Notes under the pieces: generated by a model | The model's database searches: none | The model's input: only the letters and a program-made list of their open reading frames with translations | What the model was told of the DNA's origin: nothing | Translations under genes and position numbers: made by a program | Shown here: in pieces, positions 13,301 to 26,100 of the stretch | Layout: the number at the start of each line of letters is the position of its first letter | Position numbering within the stretch: position 1 is the stretch's first letter | NCBI GenBank assembly: GCA_964057225.1 | Contig: OZ059900.1 | Location: forward strand, 13,454,001-13,518,000 | Origin: Auanema rhodensis | Lineage: Eukaryota > Animalia > Nematoda | DNA: 64,000 nucleotides | Reading direction: 5' to 3'

Positions 13301-15936
13301 TATAGCTTTGTATAGCTTTGTACACTGATCACATATACGGCGATAGGCTAGAACAGTTCATAAGTTTCCTGAATAGATTTGGTTTAATTACCCAAGTTAG
13401 AGGTAGTATCTCAATCTAACCAGAGAACTTCTGAGTTGGAAATACATTTTGGAAAGCACACCATGAGTGTGCAATATTGAAAACTGTCTGTCTTAGTATG
13501 ATTATATGACACTATAGATGCCAAAGCAAAACAAATTTGAATATGAACATGACGCGTCTTTTACATTATAGTTTGACCGGATAAAGCTTTGTATAGCTTT
13601 GTATAGCTTTGTACACTGATCACATATACGGCGATAGGCTAGAACAGTTTATAAGTTTCCTGAATAGATTTGGTTTAATTACCCAAGTTAGAGGTAGTAT
13701 CTCAATCTAACCAGAGAACTTCTGAGTTGGAAATACATTTTGGAAAGCACACCACGAGTGTGCAATATTGAAAACTGTCTGTCTTAGTATGATTATATGA
13801 CACTATAGATGCCAAAGGAAAACAAATTTGAATATGAACATGACGCGTCTTTTACATTATAGTTTCACCGGATAAAGCTTTGTATTGCTTTGTACACTGA
13901 TCACATATACGGCGATAGGCTAGAACACTTCATAAGTTTCCTGAATAGATTTGGTTTAATCACCCAAGTTAGAGGTAGTATCTCAATCTAACCAGAGAAC
14001 TTCTGAGTTGGAAATACATTTTGGAAAGCACACCATGAGTGTGCAATATTAAAAACTGTCTGTCTTAGTATGATTATATGACACTATAGATGCCAAAGCA
14101 AAACAAATTTGAATATGAACATGACGCGTCTTTTACATTATAGTTTCACCGGATAAAGCTTTGTATAGCTTTGTACACTGATCACATATACGGCGATAGG
14201 CTAGAACAGTTCATAAGTTTCCTGAATAGATTTGGTTTAATTACCCAAGTTAGAGGTAGTATCTCAATCTAACCAGAGAACTTCTGAGTTGGAAATACAT
14301 TTTGGAAAGCACACCATGAGTGTGCAATATTAAAAACTGTCTGTCTTAGTATGATTATATGACACTATAGATGCCAAAGCAAAACAAATTTGAATATGAA
14401 CATGACGCGTCTTTTACATTATAGTTTCACCGGATAGAGCTTTGTATAGCTTTGTATAGCTTTGTACACTGATCACATATACGGCGATAGGCTAGAACAG
14501 TTCATAAGTTTCCTGAATAGATTTGGTTTAATTACCCAAGTTAGAGGTAGTATCTCAATCTAACCAGAGAACTTCTGAGTTGGAAATACATTTTGGAAAG
14601 CACACCATGAGTGTGCAATATTAAAAACTGTCTGTCTTAGTATGATTATATGACACTATAGATGCCAAAGCAAAACAAATTTGAATATGAACATGACGCG
14701 TCTTTTACATTATAGTTTCACCGGATAGAGCTTTGTATAGCTTTGTATAGCTTTGTACACTGATCACATATACGGCGATAGGCTAGAACAGTTCATAAGT
14801 TTCCTGAATAGATTTGGTTTAATTAGCCAAGTTAGAGGTAGTATCTCAATCTAACCAGAGAACTTCTGAGTTGGAAATACATTTTGGAAAGCACACCATG
14901 AGTGTGCAATATTGAAAACTGTTTGTCTTAGTATGATTATATGACACTATAGATGCCAAAGCAAAACAAATTTGAATATGAACATGACGCGTCTTTTACA
15001 TTATAGTTTCACCGGATAAAGCTTTGTATAGCTTTGTACACTGATCACATATACGGCGATAGGCTAGAACAGTTCATAAGTTTCCTGAATAGATTTGGTT
15101 TAATTACCCGAGTTAGAGGTAGTATCTCAATCTAACCAAAGAACTTCTGAGTTGGAAATACATTTTGGAAAGCACAGCATGAGTGTGCAATATTGAAAAC
15201 TGTTTGTCTTAGTATGATTATATGACACTATAGATGCCAAAGCAAAACAAATTTGAATATGAACATGACGCGTCTTTTACATTATAGTTTCACCGGATAA
15301 AGCTTTGTATAGCTTTGTACACTGATCACATATACGGCGATAGGCTAGAACACTTCATAAGTTTCCTGAATAGATTTGGTTTAATTACCCAAGTTAGAGG
15401 TAGTATCTCAATCTAACCAGAGAACTTCTGAGTTGGAAATACATTTTGGAAAGCACACCATGAGTGTGCAATATTGATAACTGTTTGTCTTAGTATGATT
15501 ATATGACACTATAGATGCCAAAGCAAAACAAATTTGAATATGAACATGACGCGTCTTTTACATTATAATTTGACCGGATAAAGCTTTGTATAGCTTTGTA
15601 CACTGATCACATATACGGCGATAGGCTAGAACACTTCATAAGTTTCCTGAATAGATTTGGTTTAATCACCCAAGTTAGAGGTAGTATCTCAATCTAACCA
15701 GAGAACTTCTGAGTTGGAAATACATTTTGGAAAGCACACCATGAGTGTGCAATATTGAAAACTGTCTGTCTTAGTATGATTATATGACACTATAGATGCC
15801 AAAGCAAAACAAATTTGAATATGAACATGACGCGTCTTTTACATTATAGTTTGACCGGATAAAGCTTTGTATAGCTTTGTATAGCTTTGTACACTGATCA
15901 CATATACGGCGATAGGCTAGAACAGTTCATAAGTTT
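7377..15936. repeat. Degenerate ~10-mer higher-order repeat domain, about 3 partial copies, with an internal run of 291-bp monomers of variable copy number
   Basis: Rare markers recur in the same order: AAAGGAAAA (units 7377, 11953, 13659); GGATTTATT+GTGAGC (7658, 12234); TATTGCTTT (7939, 12515, 13659); TAGCC then CCGAG then GATAAC (10538/10819/11381 and 14803/15084/15365). Confidence 0.75.
8501..10537. repeat. Run of seven near-identical 291-bp monomers
   Basis: Units at 8501, 8792, 9083, 9374, 9665, 9956 and 10247 all carry TTAAAAA, TTTCAC, GGATAGAG and three subrepeats; they differ only at TTACCC/TTAGCC. Confidence 0.9.
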
Positions 15937-17632
15937 CCTGAATAGATTTGGTTTAATTACCCAAGTTAGAGGTAGTATCTCAATCTAACCAAAGAACTTC
16001 TGAGTTGGAAATACATTTTGGAAAGCACACCATGAGTGTGCAATATTAAAAACTGTCTGTCTTAGTATGATTATATGACACTATAGATGCCAAAGCAAAA
16101 CAAATTTGAATATGAACATGACGCGTCTTTTACATTATAGTTTCACCGGATAAAGCTTTGTATAGCTTTGTACACTGATCACATATACGGCGATAGGCTA
16201 GAACAGTTCATAAGTTTCCTGAATAGATTTGGTTTAATTACCCAAGTTAGAGGTAGTATCTCAATCTAACCAAAGAACTTCTGAGTTGGAAATACATTTT
16301 GGAAAGCACACCATGAGTGTGCAATATTGAAAACTGTTTGTCTTAGTATGATTATATGACACTATAGATGCCAAAGCAGAACAAATTTGAATATGAACAT
16401 GACGCGTCTTTTACATTATAGTTTGACCGGATAAAGCTTTGTATAGATTTGTACACTGAGCACATATACGGCGATAGGCTAGAACAGTTCATAAGTTTCC
16501 TGAATAGATTTGGTTTAATTACCCAAGTTAGAGGTAGTATCTCAATCTAACCAGAGAACTTCTGAGTTGGAAATACATTTTGGAAAGCACACCATGAGTG
16601 TGCAATATTGAAAACTGTTTGTCTTAGTATGATTATATGACACTATAGATGCCAAAGCAGAACAAATTTGAATATGAACATGACGCGTCTTTTACATTAT
16701 AGTTTGACCGGATAAAGCTTTGTATAGCTTTGTATAGCTTTGTACACTGATCACATATACGGCGAGAGGCTAGAACACTTCATAAGTTTCCTGAATAGAT
16801 TTGGTTTAATTACCCAAGTTAGAGGTAGTATCTCAATCTAACCAGAGAACTTCTGAGTTGGAAATACATTTTGGAAAGCACACCATGAGTGTGCAATATT
16901 GAAAACTGTTTGTCTTAGTATGATTATATGACACTATAGATGCCAAAGCAAAACAAATTTGAATATGAACATGACGCGTCTTTTACATTATAATTTGACC
17001 GGATAAAGCTTTGCATAGCTTTGTACACTGAACACATATACGGCGATAGGCTAGAACAGTTCATAAGTTTCCTGAATAGATTTGGTTTAATTACCCAAGT
17101 TAGAGGTAGTATCTCAATCTAACCAAAGAACTTCTGAGTTGGAAATACATTTTGGAAAGCACACCATGAGTGTGCAATATTAAAAACTGTCTGTCTTAGT
17201 ATGATTATATGACACTATAGATGCCAAAGCAAAACAAATTTGAATATGAACATGACGCGTCTTTTACATTATAGTTTGACCGGATAAAGCTTTGTATAGA
17301 TTTGTACACTGATCACATATACGGCGATAGGCTAGAACAGTTCATAAGTTTCCTGAATAGATTTGGTTTAATTACCCAAGTTAGAGGTAGTATCTCAATC
17401 TAACCAAAGAACTTCTGAGTTGGAAATACATTTTGGAAAGCACACCATGAGTGTGCAATATTGAAAACTGTTTGTCTTAGTATGATTATATGACACTATA
17501 GATGCCAAAGCAGAACAAATTTGAATATGAACATGACGCGTCTTTTACATTATAGTTTGACCGGATAAAGCTTTGTATAGATTTGTACACTGAGCACATA
17601 TACGGCGATAGGCTAGAACAGTTCATAAGTTT

Positions 17633-17698
17633 CCTGAATAGATTTGGTTTAATTACCCAAGTTAGATACGGCGATAGGCTAGAACAGTTTATAAGTTT
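17633..17698. repeat. Truncated 66-bp monomer (positions 1-34 joined to 250-281)
   Basis: ...ACCCAAGTTAGA|TACGGCGATAGG... with the junction at 17666/17667; the next unit starts at 17699. Confidence 0.95.
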
Positions 17699-20600
17699 CC
17701 TGAATAGATTTGGTTTAATTACCCAAGTTAGAGGTAGTATCTCAATCTAACCAGAGAACTTCTGAGTTGGAAATACATTTTGGAAAGCACACCATGAGTG
17801 TGCAATATTGAAAACTGTCTGTCTTAGTATGATTATATGACACTATAGATGCCAAAGCAAAACAAATTTGAATATGAACATGACGCGTCTTTTACATTAT
17901 AGTTTGACCGGATAAAGCTTTGTATATCTTTGTACACTGATCACATATACGGCGATAGGCTAGAACAGTTCATAAGTTTCCTGAATAGATTTGGTTTAAT
18001 TACCCAAGTTAGAGGTAGTATCTCAATCTAACCAGAGAACTTCTGAGTTGGAAATACATTTTGGAAAGCACACCATGAGTGTGCAATATTGAAAACTGTC
18101 TGTCTTAGTATGATTATCTGACACTATAGATGCCAAAGCAAAACAAATTTGAATATGAACATGACACGTCTTTTACATTATAGTTTGACCGGATAAAGCT
18201 TTGTATAGCTTTGTATAGCTTTGTACACTGATCACATATACGGCGATAGGCTAGAACAGTTTATAAGTTTCCTGAATAGATTTGGTTTAATTACCCAAGT
18301 TAGAGGTAGTATCTCAATCTAACCAGAGAACTTCTGAGTTGGAAATACATTTTGGAAAGCACACCACGAGTGTGCAATATTGAAAACTGTCTGTCTTAGT
18401 ATGATTATATAACACTACAGATGCTAAAGCAAAATGAATTTGAATATGAACATGACGCGTCTTTTACATTATAGTTTGACCCGATAAAGCTTTGTATAGC
18501 TTTGTATAGCTTTGTACACTGATCACATATACGGCGATAGGCTAGAACAGTTTATAAGTTTCCTGAATAGATTTGGTTTAATTACCCAAGTTAGAGGTAG
18601 TATCTCAATCTAACCAGAGAACTTCTGAGTTGGAAATACATTTTGGAAAGCACACCATGAGTGTGCAATATTGAAAACTGTTTGTCTTAGTATGATTATA
18701 TGACACTATAGATGCCAAAGCAAAACAAATTTGAATATGAACATGACGCGTCTTTTACATTATAGTTTGACCGGAAAAAGCTTTGTATAGCTTTGTACAC
18801 TGATCACATATACGGCGATAGGCTAGAACAGTTCATAAGTTTCCTGAATAGATTTGGTTTAATTACCCAAGTTAGAGGTAGTATCTCAATCTAACCAGAG
18901 AACTTCTGAGTTGGAAATACATTTTGGAAAGCACACCATGAGTGTGCAATATTGAAAACTGTCTGTCTTAGTATGATTATATGACACTATAGATGCCAAA
19001 GCAAAACAAATTTGAATATGAACATGACGCGTCTTTTACATTATAGTTTGACCGGAAAAAGCTTTGTATAGCTTTGTACACTGATCACATATACGGCGAT
19101 AGGCTAGAACAGTTCATAAGTTTCCTGAATAGATTTGGTTTAATTACCCAAGTTAAAGGTAGTATCTCAATCTAACCAGAGAACTTCTGAGTTGGAAATA
19201 CATTTTGGAAAGCACACCATGAGTATGCAATATTGAAAACTGTCTGTCTTAGTATGATTATATGACACTATAGATGCCAAAGCAAAACAAATTTGAATAT
19301 GAACATGACGCGTCTTTTACATTATAGTTTGACTTGTTAAAGCTTTGTATAGCTTTGTACACTGATCACATATACGGCGAGAGGCTAGAACAGTTTATAA
19401 GTTTCCTGAATAGATTTGGTTTAATTACTCAAGTTAGAGGTAGTATCTCAATCTAACCAGAGAACTTCTGAGTTGGAAATACATTTTGGAAAGCACACCA
19501 TGAGTGTGCAATATTGAAAACTGTCTGTCTTAGTATGATTATATGACACTATAGATGCCAAAGCAAAACAAATTTGAATATGAACATGACGCGTCTTTTA
19601 CATTATAGTTTGACCGGATAAAGCTTTGTATATCTTTGTACACTGATCACATATACGGCGATAGGCTAGAACAGTTCATAAGTCTCCTGAATAGATTTGG
19701 TTTAATTACCCAAGTTAGAGGTAGTATCTCAATCTAACCAGAGAACTTCTGAGTTGGAAATACATTTTGGAAAGCACACCATGAGTGTGCAATATTGAAA
19801 ACTGTCTGTCTTAGTATGATTATATGACACTATAGATGCCAAAGCAAAACAAATTTGAATATGACCATGACGCGTCTTTTACATTATAGTTTCACCGGAT
19901 AAAGCTTTGTATAGCTTTGTATAGCTTTGTACACTGATAACATATACGGCGATAGGCTAGAACAGTTCATAAGTTTCCTGAATAGATATGGTTTAATTAC
20001 CCAAGTTAGAGGTAGTATCTCAATCTAACCAGAGAACTTCTGAGTTGGAAATACATTTTGGAAAGCACACCATGAGTGTGCAATATTGAAAACTGTCTGT
20101 CTTAGTATGATTATATGACACTATAGATGATTAAGCAATATGAATTTGATCATGAACATTACGCGTCTTTTACATTATAGTTTGACAGGATAAAACTTTG
20201 TATAGCTTTGTATAGCTTTGTACACTGATCACATATACGGCGATAGGCTAGAACAGTTCATAAGTTTCCTGAATAGATTTGGTTTAATTACCCAAGTTAG
20301 AGGTAGTATCTCAATCTAACCAGAGAACTTCTGAGTTGGAAATACATTTTGGAAAGCACACCATGAGTGTGCAATATTGAAAACTGTCTGTCTTAGTATG
20401 ATTATATGACACTATAGATGCCAAAGCAAAACAAATTTGAATATGAACATGACGCGTCTTTTACATTATAGTTTCACCGGATAAAGCTTTGTATAGCTTT
20501 GTATAGCTTTGTACACTGATCACATATACGGCGATAGGCTAGAACAGTTCATAAGTTTCCTGAATAGATTTGGTTTAATTACCCAAGTTAGAGGTAGTAT

Positions 20601-23117
20601 CTCAATCTAACCAGAGAACTTCTGAGTTGGAAATACATTTTGGAAAGCACACCACGAGTGTGCAATATTGAAAACTGTCTGTCTTAGTATGATTATATAA
20701 CACTACAGATGCTAAAGCAAAATGAATTTGAATATGAACATGACGCGTCTTTTACATTATAGTTTGACCGGATAAAGCTTTGTATAGCTTTGTATAGCTT
20801 TGTACACTGATCACATATACGGCGATAGGCTAGAACAGTTTATAAGTTTCCTGAAAAGATTTGGTTTAATTACCCAAGTTAGAGGTAGTATCTCAATCTA
20901 ACCAGAGAACTTCTGAGTTGGAAATACATTTTGGAAAGCACACCATGAGTGTGCAATATTGAAAACTGTCTGTCTTAGTATGATTATATGACACTATAGA
21001 TGCCAAAGCAAAACAAATTTGAATATGAACATGACGCGTCTTTTACATTATAGTTTGACCGGATAAAGCTTTGTATATCTTTGTACACTGATCACATATA
21101 CGGCGATAGGCTAGAACAGTTCATAAGTTTCCTGAATAGATTTGGTTTAATTACCCAAGTTAGAGGTAGTATCTCAATCTAACCAGAGAACTTCTGAGTT
21201 GGAAATACATTTTGGAAAGCACACCATGAGTGTGCAATATTGAAAACTGTCTGTCTTAGTATGATTATATGACACTATAGATGCCAAAGCAAAACAAATT
21301 TGAATATGAACATGACACGTCTTTTACATTATAGTTTGACCTGATAAAGCTTTGTATATCTTTGTACACTGATCACATATACGGCGATAGGCTAGAACAG
21401 TTCATAAGTTTCCTGAATAGATTTGGTTTAATTACCCAAGTTAGAGGTAGTATCTCAATCTAACCAGAGAACTTCTGAGTTGGAAATACATTTTGGAAAG
21501 CACACCATGAGTGTGCAATATTGAAAACTGTCTGTCTTAGTATGATTATATGACACTATAGATGATTAAGCAATATGAATTTGATCATGAACATGACGCG
21601 TCTTTTACATTATAGTTTGACAGGATAAAACTTTGTATAGCTTTGTATAGCTTTGTACACTGATCACATATACGGCGATAGGCTAGAACAGCTCATAAGT
21701 TTCCTGAATAGATTTGGTTTAATTACCCAAGTTAGAGGTAGTATCTCAATCTAACCAGAGAACTTCTGAGTTGGAAATACATTTTGGAAAGCACACCATG
21801 AGTGTGCAATATTGAAAACTGTTTGTCTTAGTATGATTATATGACACTATAGATGCCAAAGCAGAACAAATTTGAATATGAACATGACGCGTCTTTTACA
21901 TTATAGTTTGACCGGATAAAGCTTTGTATAGCTTTGTATAGCTTTGTACACTGATCACATATACGGCGAGAGGCTAGAACACTTCATAAGTTTCCTGAAT
22001 AGATTTGGTTTAATTACCCAAGTTAGAGGTAGTATCTCAATCTAACCAGAGAACTTCTGAGTTGGAAATACATTTTGGAAAGCACACCATGAGTGTGCAA
22101 TATTGAAAACTGTTTGTCTTAGTATGATTATATGACACTATAGATGCCAAAGCAAAACAAATTTGAATATGAACATGACGCGTCTTTTACATTATAGTTT
22201 GACCGGAAAAAGCTTTGTATAGCTTTGTACACTGATCACATATACGGCGATAGGCTAGAACAGTTCATAAGTTTCCTGAATAGATTTGGTTTAATTACCC
22301 AAGTTAGAGGTAGTATCTCAATCTAACCAGAGAACTTCTGAGTTGGAAATACATTTTGGAAAGCACACCATGAGTGTGCAATATTGAAAACTGTCTGTCT
22401 TAGTATGATTATATGACACTATAGATGCCAAAGCAAAACAAATTTGAATATGAACATGACGCGTCTTTTACATTATAGTTTGACCGGAAAAAGCTTTGTA
22501 TAGCTTTGTACACTGATCACATATACGGCGATAGGCTAGAACAGTTCATAAGTTTCCTGAATAGATTTGGTTTAATTACCCAAGTTAAAGGTAGTATCTC
22601 AATCTAACCAGAGAACTTCTGAGTTGGAAATACATTTTGGAAAGCACACCATGAGTATGCAATATTGAAAACTGTCTGTCTTAGTATGATTATATGACAC
22701 TATAGATGCCAAAGCAAAACAAATTTGAATATGAACATGACGCGTCTTTTACATTATAGTTTGACTTGTTAAAGCTTTGTATAGCTTTGTACACTGATCA
22801 CATATACGGCGAGAGGCTAGAACAGTTTATAAGTTTCCTGAATAGATTTGGTTTAATTACCCAAGTTAGAGGTAGTATCTCAATCTAACCAGAGAACTTC
22901 TGAGTTGGAAATACATTTTGGAAAGCACACCATGAGTGTGCAATATTGAAAACTGTCTGTCTTAGTATGATTATATAACACTATAGATGCCAAAGCAAAA
23001 CAAATTTGAATATGAACATGACGCGTCTTTTACATTATAGTTTGACCGGATAAAGCTTTGTATAGCTTTGTACACTGATCACATATACGGCGATAGGCTA
23101 GAACAGTTCATAAGTTT

Positions 23118-26100
23118 CCTGAATAGATTTGGTTTAATTACCCAAGTTAAAGGTAGTATCTCAATCTAACCAGAGAACTTCTGAGTTGGAAATACATTTT
23201 GGAAAGCACACCATGAGTGTGCAATATTGAAAACTGTCTGTCTTAGTATGATTATATGACACTATAGATGCCAAAGCAAAACAAATTTGAATATGAACAT
23301 GACGCGTCTTTTACATTATAGTTTGACTTGTTAAAGCTTTGTATAGCTTTGTACACTGATCACATATACGGCGATAGGCTAGAACAGTTCATAAGTTTCC
23401 TGAATAGATTTGGTTTAATTACCCAAGTTAGAGGTAGTATCTCAATCTAACCAGAGAACTTCTGAGTTGGAAATACATTTTGGAAAGCACACCATGAGTG
23501 TGCAATATTGAAAACTGTCTGTCTTAGTATGATTATATAACACTATAGATGCCAAAGCAAAACAAATTTGAATATGAACATGACGCGTCTTTTACATTAT
23601 AGTTTGACTTGTTAAAGCTTTGTATAGCTTTGTACACTGATCACATATACGGCGAGAGGCTAGAACAGTTTATAAGTTTCCTGAATAGATTTGGTTTAAT
23701 TACCCAAGTTAAAGGTAGTATCTCAATCTAACCAGAGAACTTCTGAGTTGGAAATACATTTTGGAAAGCACACCATGAGTGTGCAATATTGAAAACTGTC
23801 TGTCTTAGTATGATTATATAACACTATAGATGCCAAAGCAAAACAAATTTGAATATGAACATGACGCGTCTTTTACATTATAGTTTGACCGGATAAAGCT
23901 TTGTATAGCTTTGTACACTGATCACATATACGGCGATAGGCTAGAACAGTTCATAAGTTTCCTGAATAGATTTGGTTTAATTACCCAAGTTAAAGGTAGT
24001 ATCTCAATCTAACCAGAGAACTTCTGAGTTGGAAATACATTTTGGAAAGCACACCATGAGTGTGCAATATTGAAAACTGTCTGTCTTAGTATGATTATAT
24101 GACACTATAGATGCCAAAGCAAAACAAATTTGAATATGAACATGACGCGTCTTTTACATTATAGTTTCACCGGATAGAGCTTTGTATAGCTTTGTATAGC
24201 TTTGTACACTGATCACATATACGGCGATAGGCTAGAACAGTTCATAAGTTTCCTGAATAGATTTGGTTTAATTACCCAAGTTAGAGGTAGTATCTCAATC
24301 TAACCAGAGAACTTCTGAGTTGGAAATACATTTTGGAAAGCACACCATGAGTGTGCAATATTAAAAACTGTCTGTCTTAGTATGATTATATGACACTATA
24401 GATGCCAAAGCAAAACAAATTTGAATATGAACATGACGCGTCTTTTACATTATAGTTTCACCGGATAAAGCTTTGTATAGCTTTGTACACTGATCACATA
24501 TACGGCGATAGGCTAGAACAGTTCATAAGTTTCCTGAATAGATTTGGTTTAATTACCCAAGTTAGAGGTAGTATCTCAATCTAACCAAAGAACTTCTGAG
24601 TTGGAAATACATTTTGGAAAGCACACCATGAGTGTGCAATATTGAAAACTGTTTGTCTTAGTATGATTATATGACACTATAGATGCCAAAGCAGAACAAA
24701 TTTGAATATGACCATGACGCGTCTTTTACATAATAGTTTGACTTGTTAAAGCTTTGTATAGCTTTGTACACTGATCACATATACGGCGATAGGCTAGAAC
24801 AGTTCATACGTTTCCTGAATAGATTTGGTTTAATTACCCAAGTTAGAGGTAGTATCTCAATCTAACCAGAGAACTTCTGAGTTGGAAATACATTTTGGAA
24901 AGCACACCATGAGTGTGCAATATTGAAAACTGTCTGTCTTAGTATGATTATATGACACTATAGATGCCAAAGCAGAACAAATTTGAATATGAACATGACG
25001 CGTCTTTTACATTATAGTTTGACCGGATAAAGCTTTGTATAGCTTTGTATAGCTTTGTACACTGATCACATATACGGCGATAGGCTAGAACACTTCATAA
25101 GTTTCCTGAATAGATTTGGTTTAATTACCCAAGTTAAAGGTAGTATCTCAATCTAACCAGAGAACTTCTGAGTTGGAAATACATTTTGGAAAGCACACCA
25201 TGAGTGTGCAATATTGAAAACTGTCTGTCTTAGTATGATTATATGACACTATAGATGCCAAAGCAAAACAAATTTGAATATGAACATGACGCGTCTTTTA
25301 CATTATAGTTTCACCGGATAGAGCTTTGTATAGCTTTGTATAGCTTTGTACACTGATCACATATACGGCGATAGGCTAGAACAGTTCATAAGTTTCCTGA
25401 ATAGATTTGGTTTAATTACCCAAGTTAGAGGTAGTATCTCAATCTAACCAGAGAACTTCTGAGTTGGAAATACATTTTGGAAAGCACACCATGAGTGTGC
25501 AATATTAAAAACTGTCTGTCTTAGTATGATTATATGACACTATAGATGCCAAAGCAAAACAAATTTGAATATGAACATGACGCGTCTTTTACATTATAGT
25601 TTCACCGGATAAAGCTTTGTATAGCTTTGTACACTGATCACATATACGGCGATAGGCTAGAACAGTTCATAAGTTTCCTGAATAGATTTGGTTTAATTAC
25701 CCAAGTTAGAGGTAGTATCTCAATCTAACCAAAGAACTTCTGAGTTGGAAATACATTTTGGAAAGCACACCATGAGTGTGCAATATTGAAAACTGTTTGT
25801 CTTAGTATGATTATATGACACTATAGATGCCAAAGCAGAACAAATTTGAATATGACCATGACGCGTCTTTTACATAATAGTTTGACTTGTTAAAGCTTTG
25901 TATAGCTTTGTACACTGATCACATATACGGCGATAGGCTAGAACAGTTCATAAGTTTCCTGAATAGATTTGGTTTAATTACCCAAGTTAGAGGTAGTATC
26001 TCAATCTAACCAGAGAACTTCTGAGTTGGAAATACATTTTGGAAAGCACACCATGAGTGTGCAATATTGAAAACTGTCTGTCTTAGTATGATTATATAAC

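Noticed and set aside
17601-17698. The 66-bp unit as a transposon target-site duplication or excision footprint
   Set aside because: There is no foreign sequence or terminal repeat; the junction consists only of satellite sequence.
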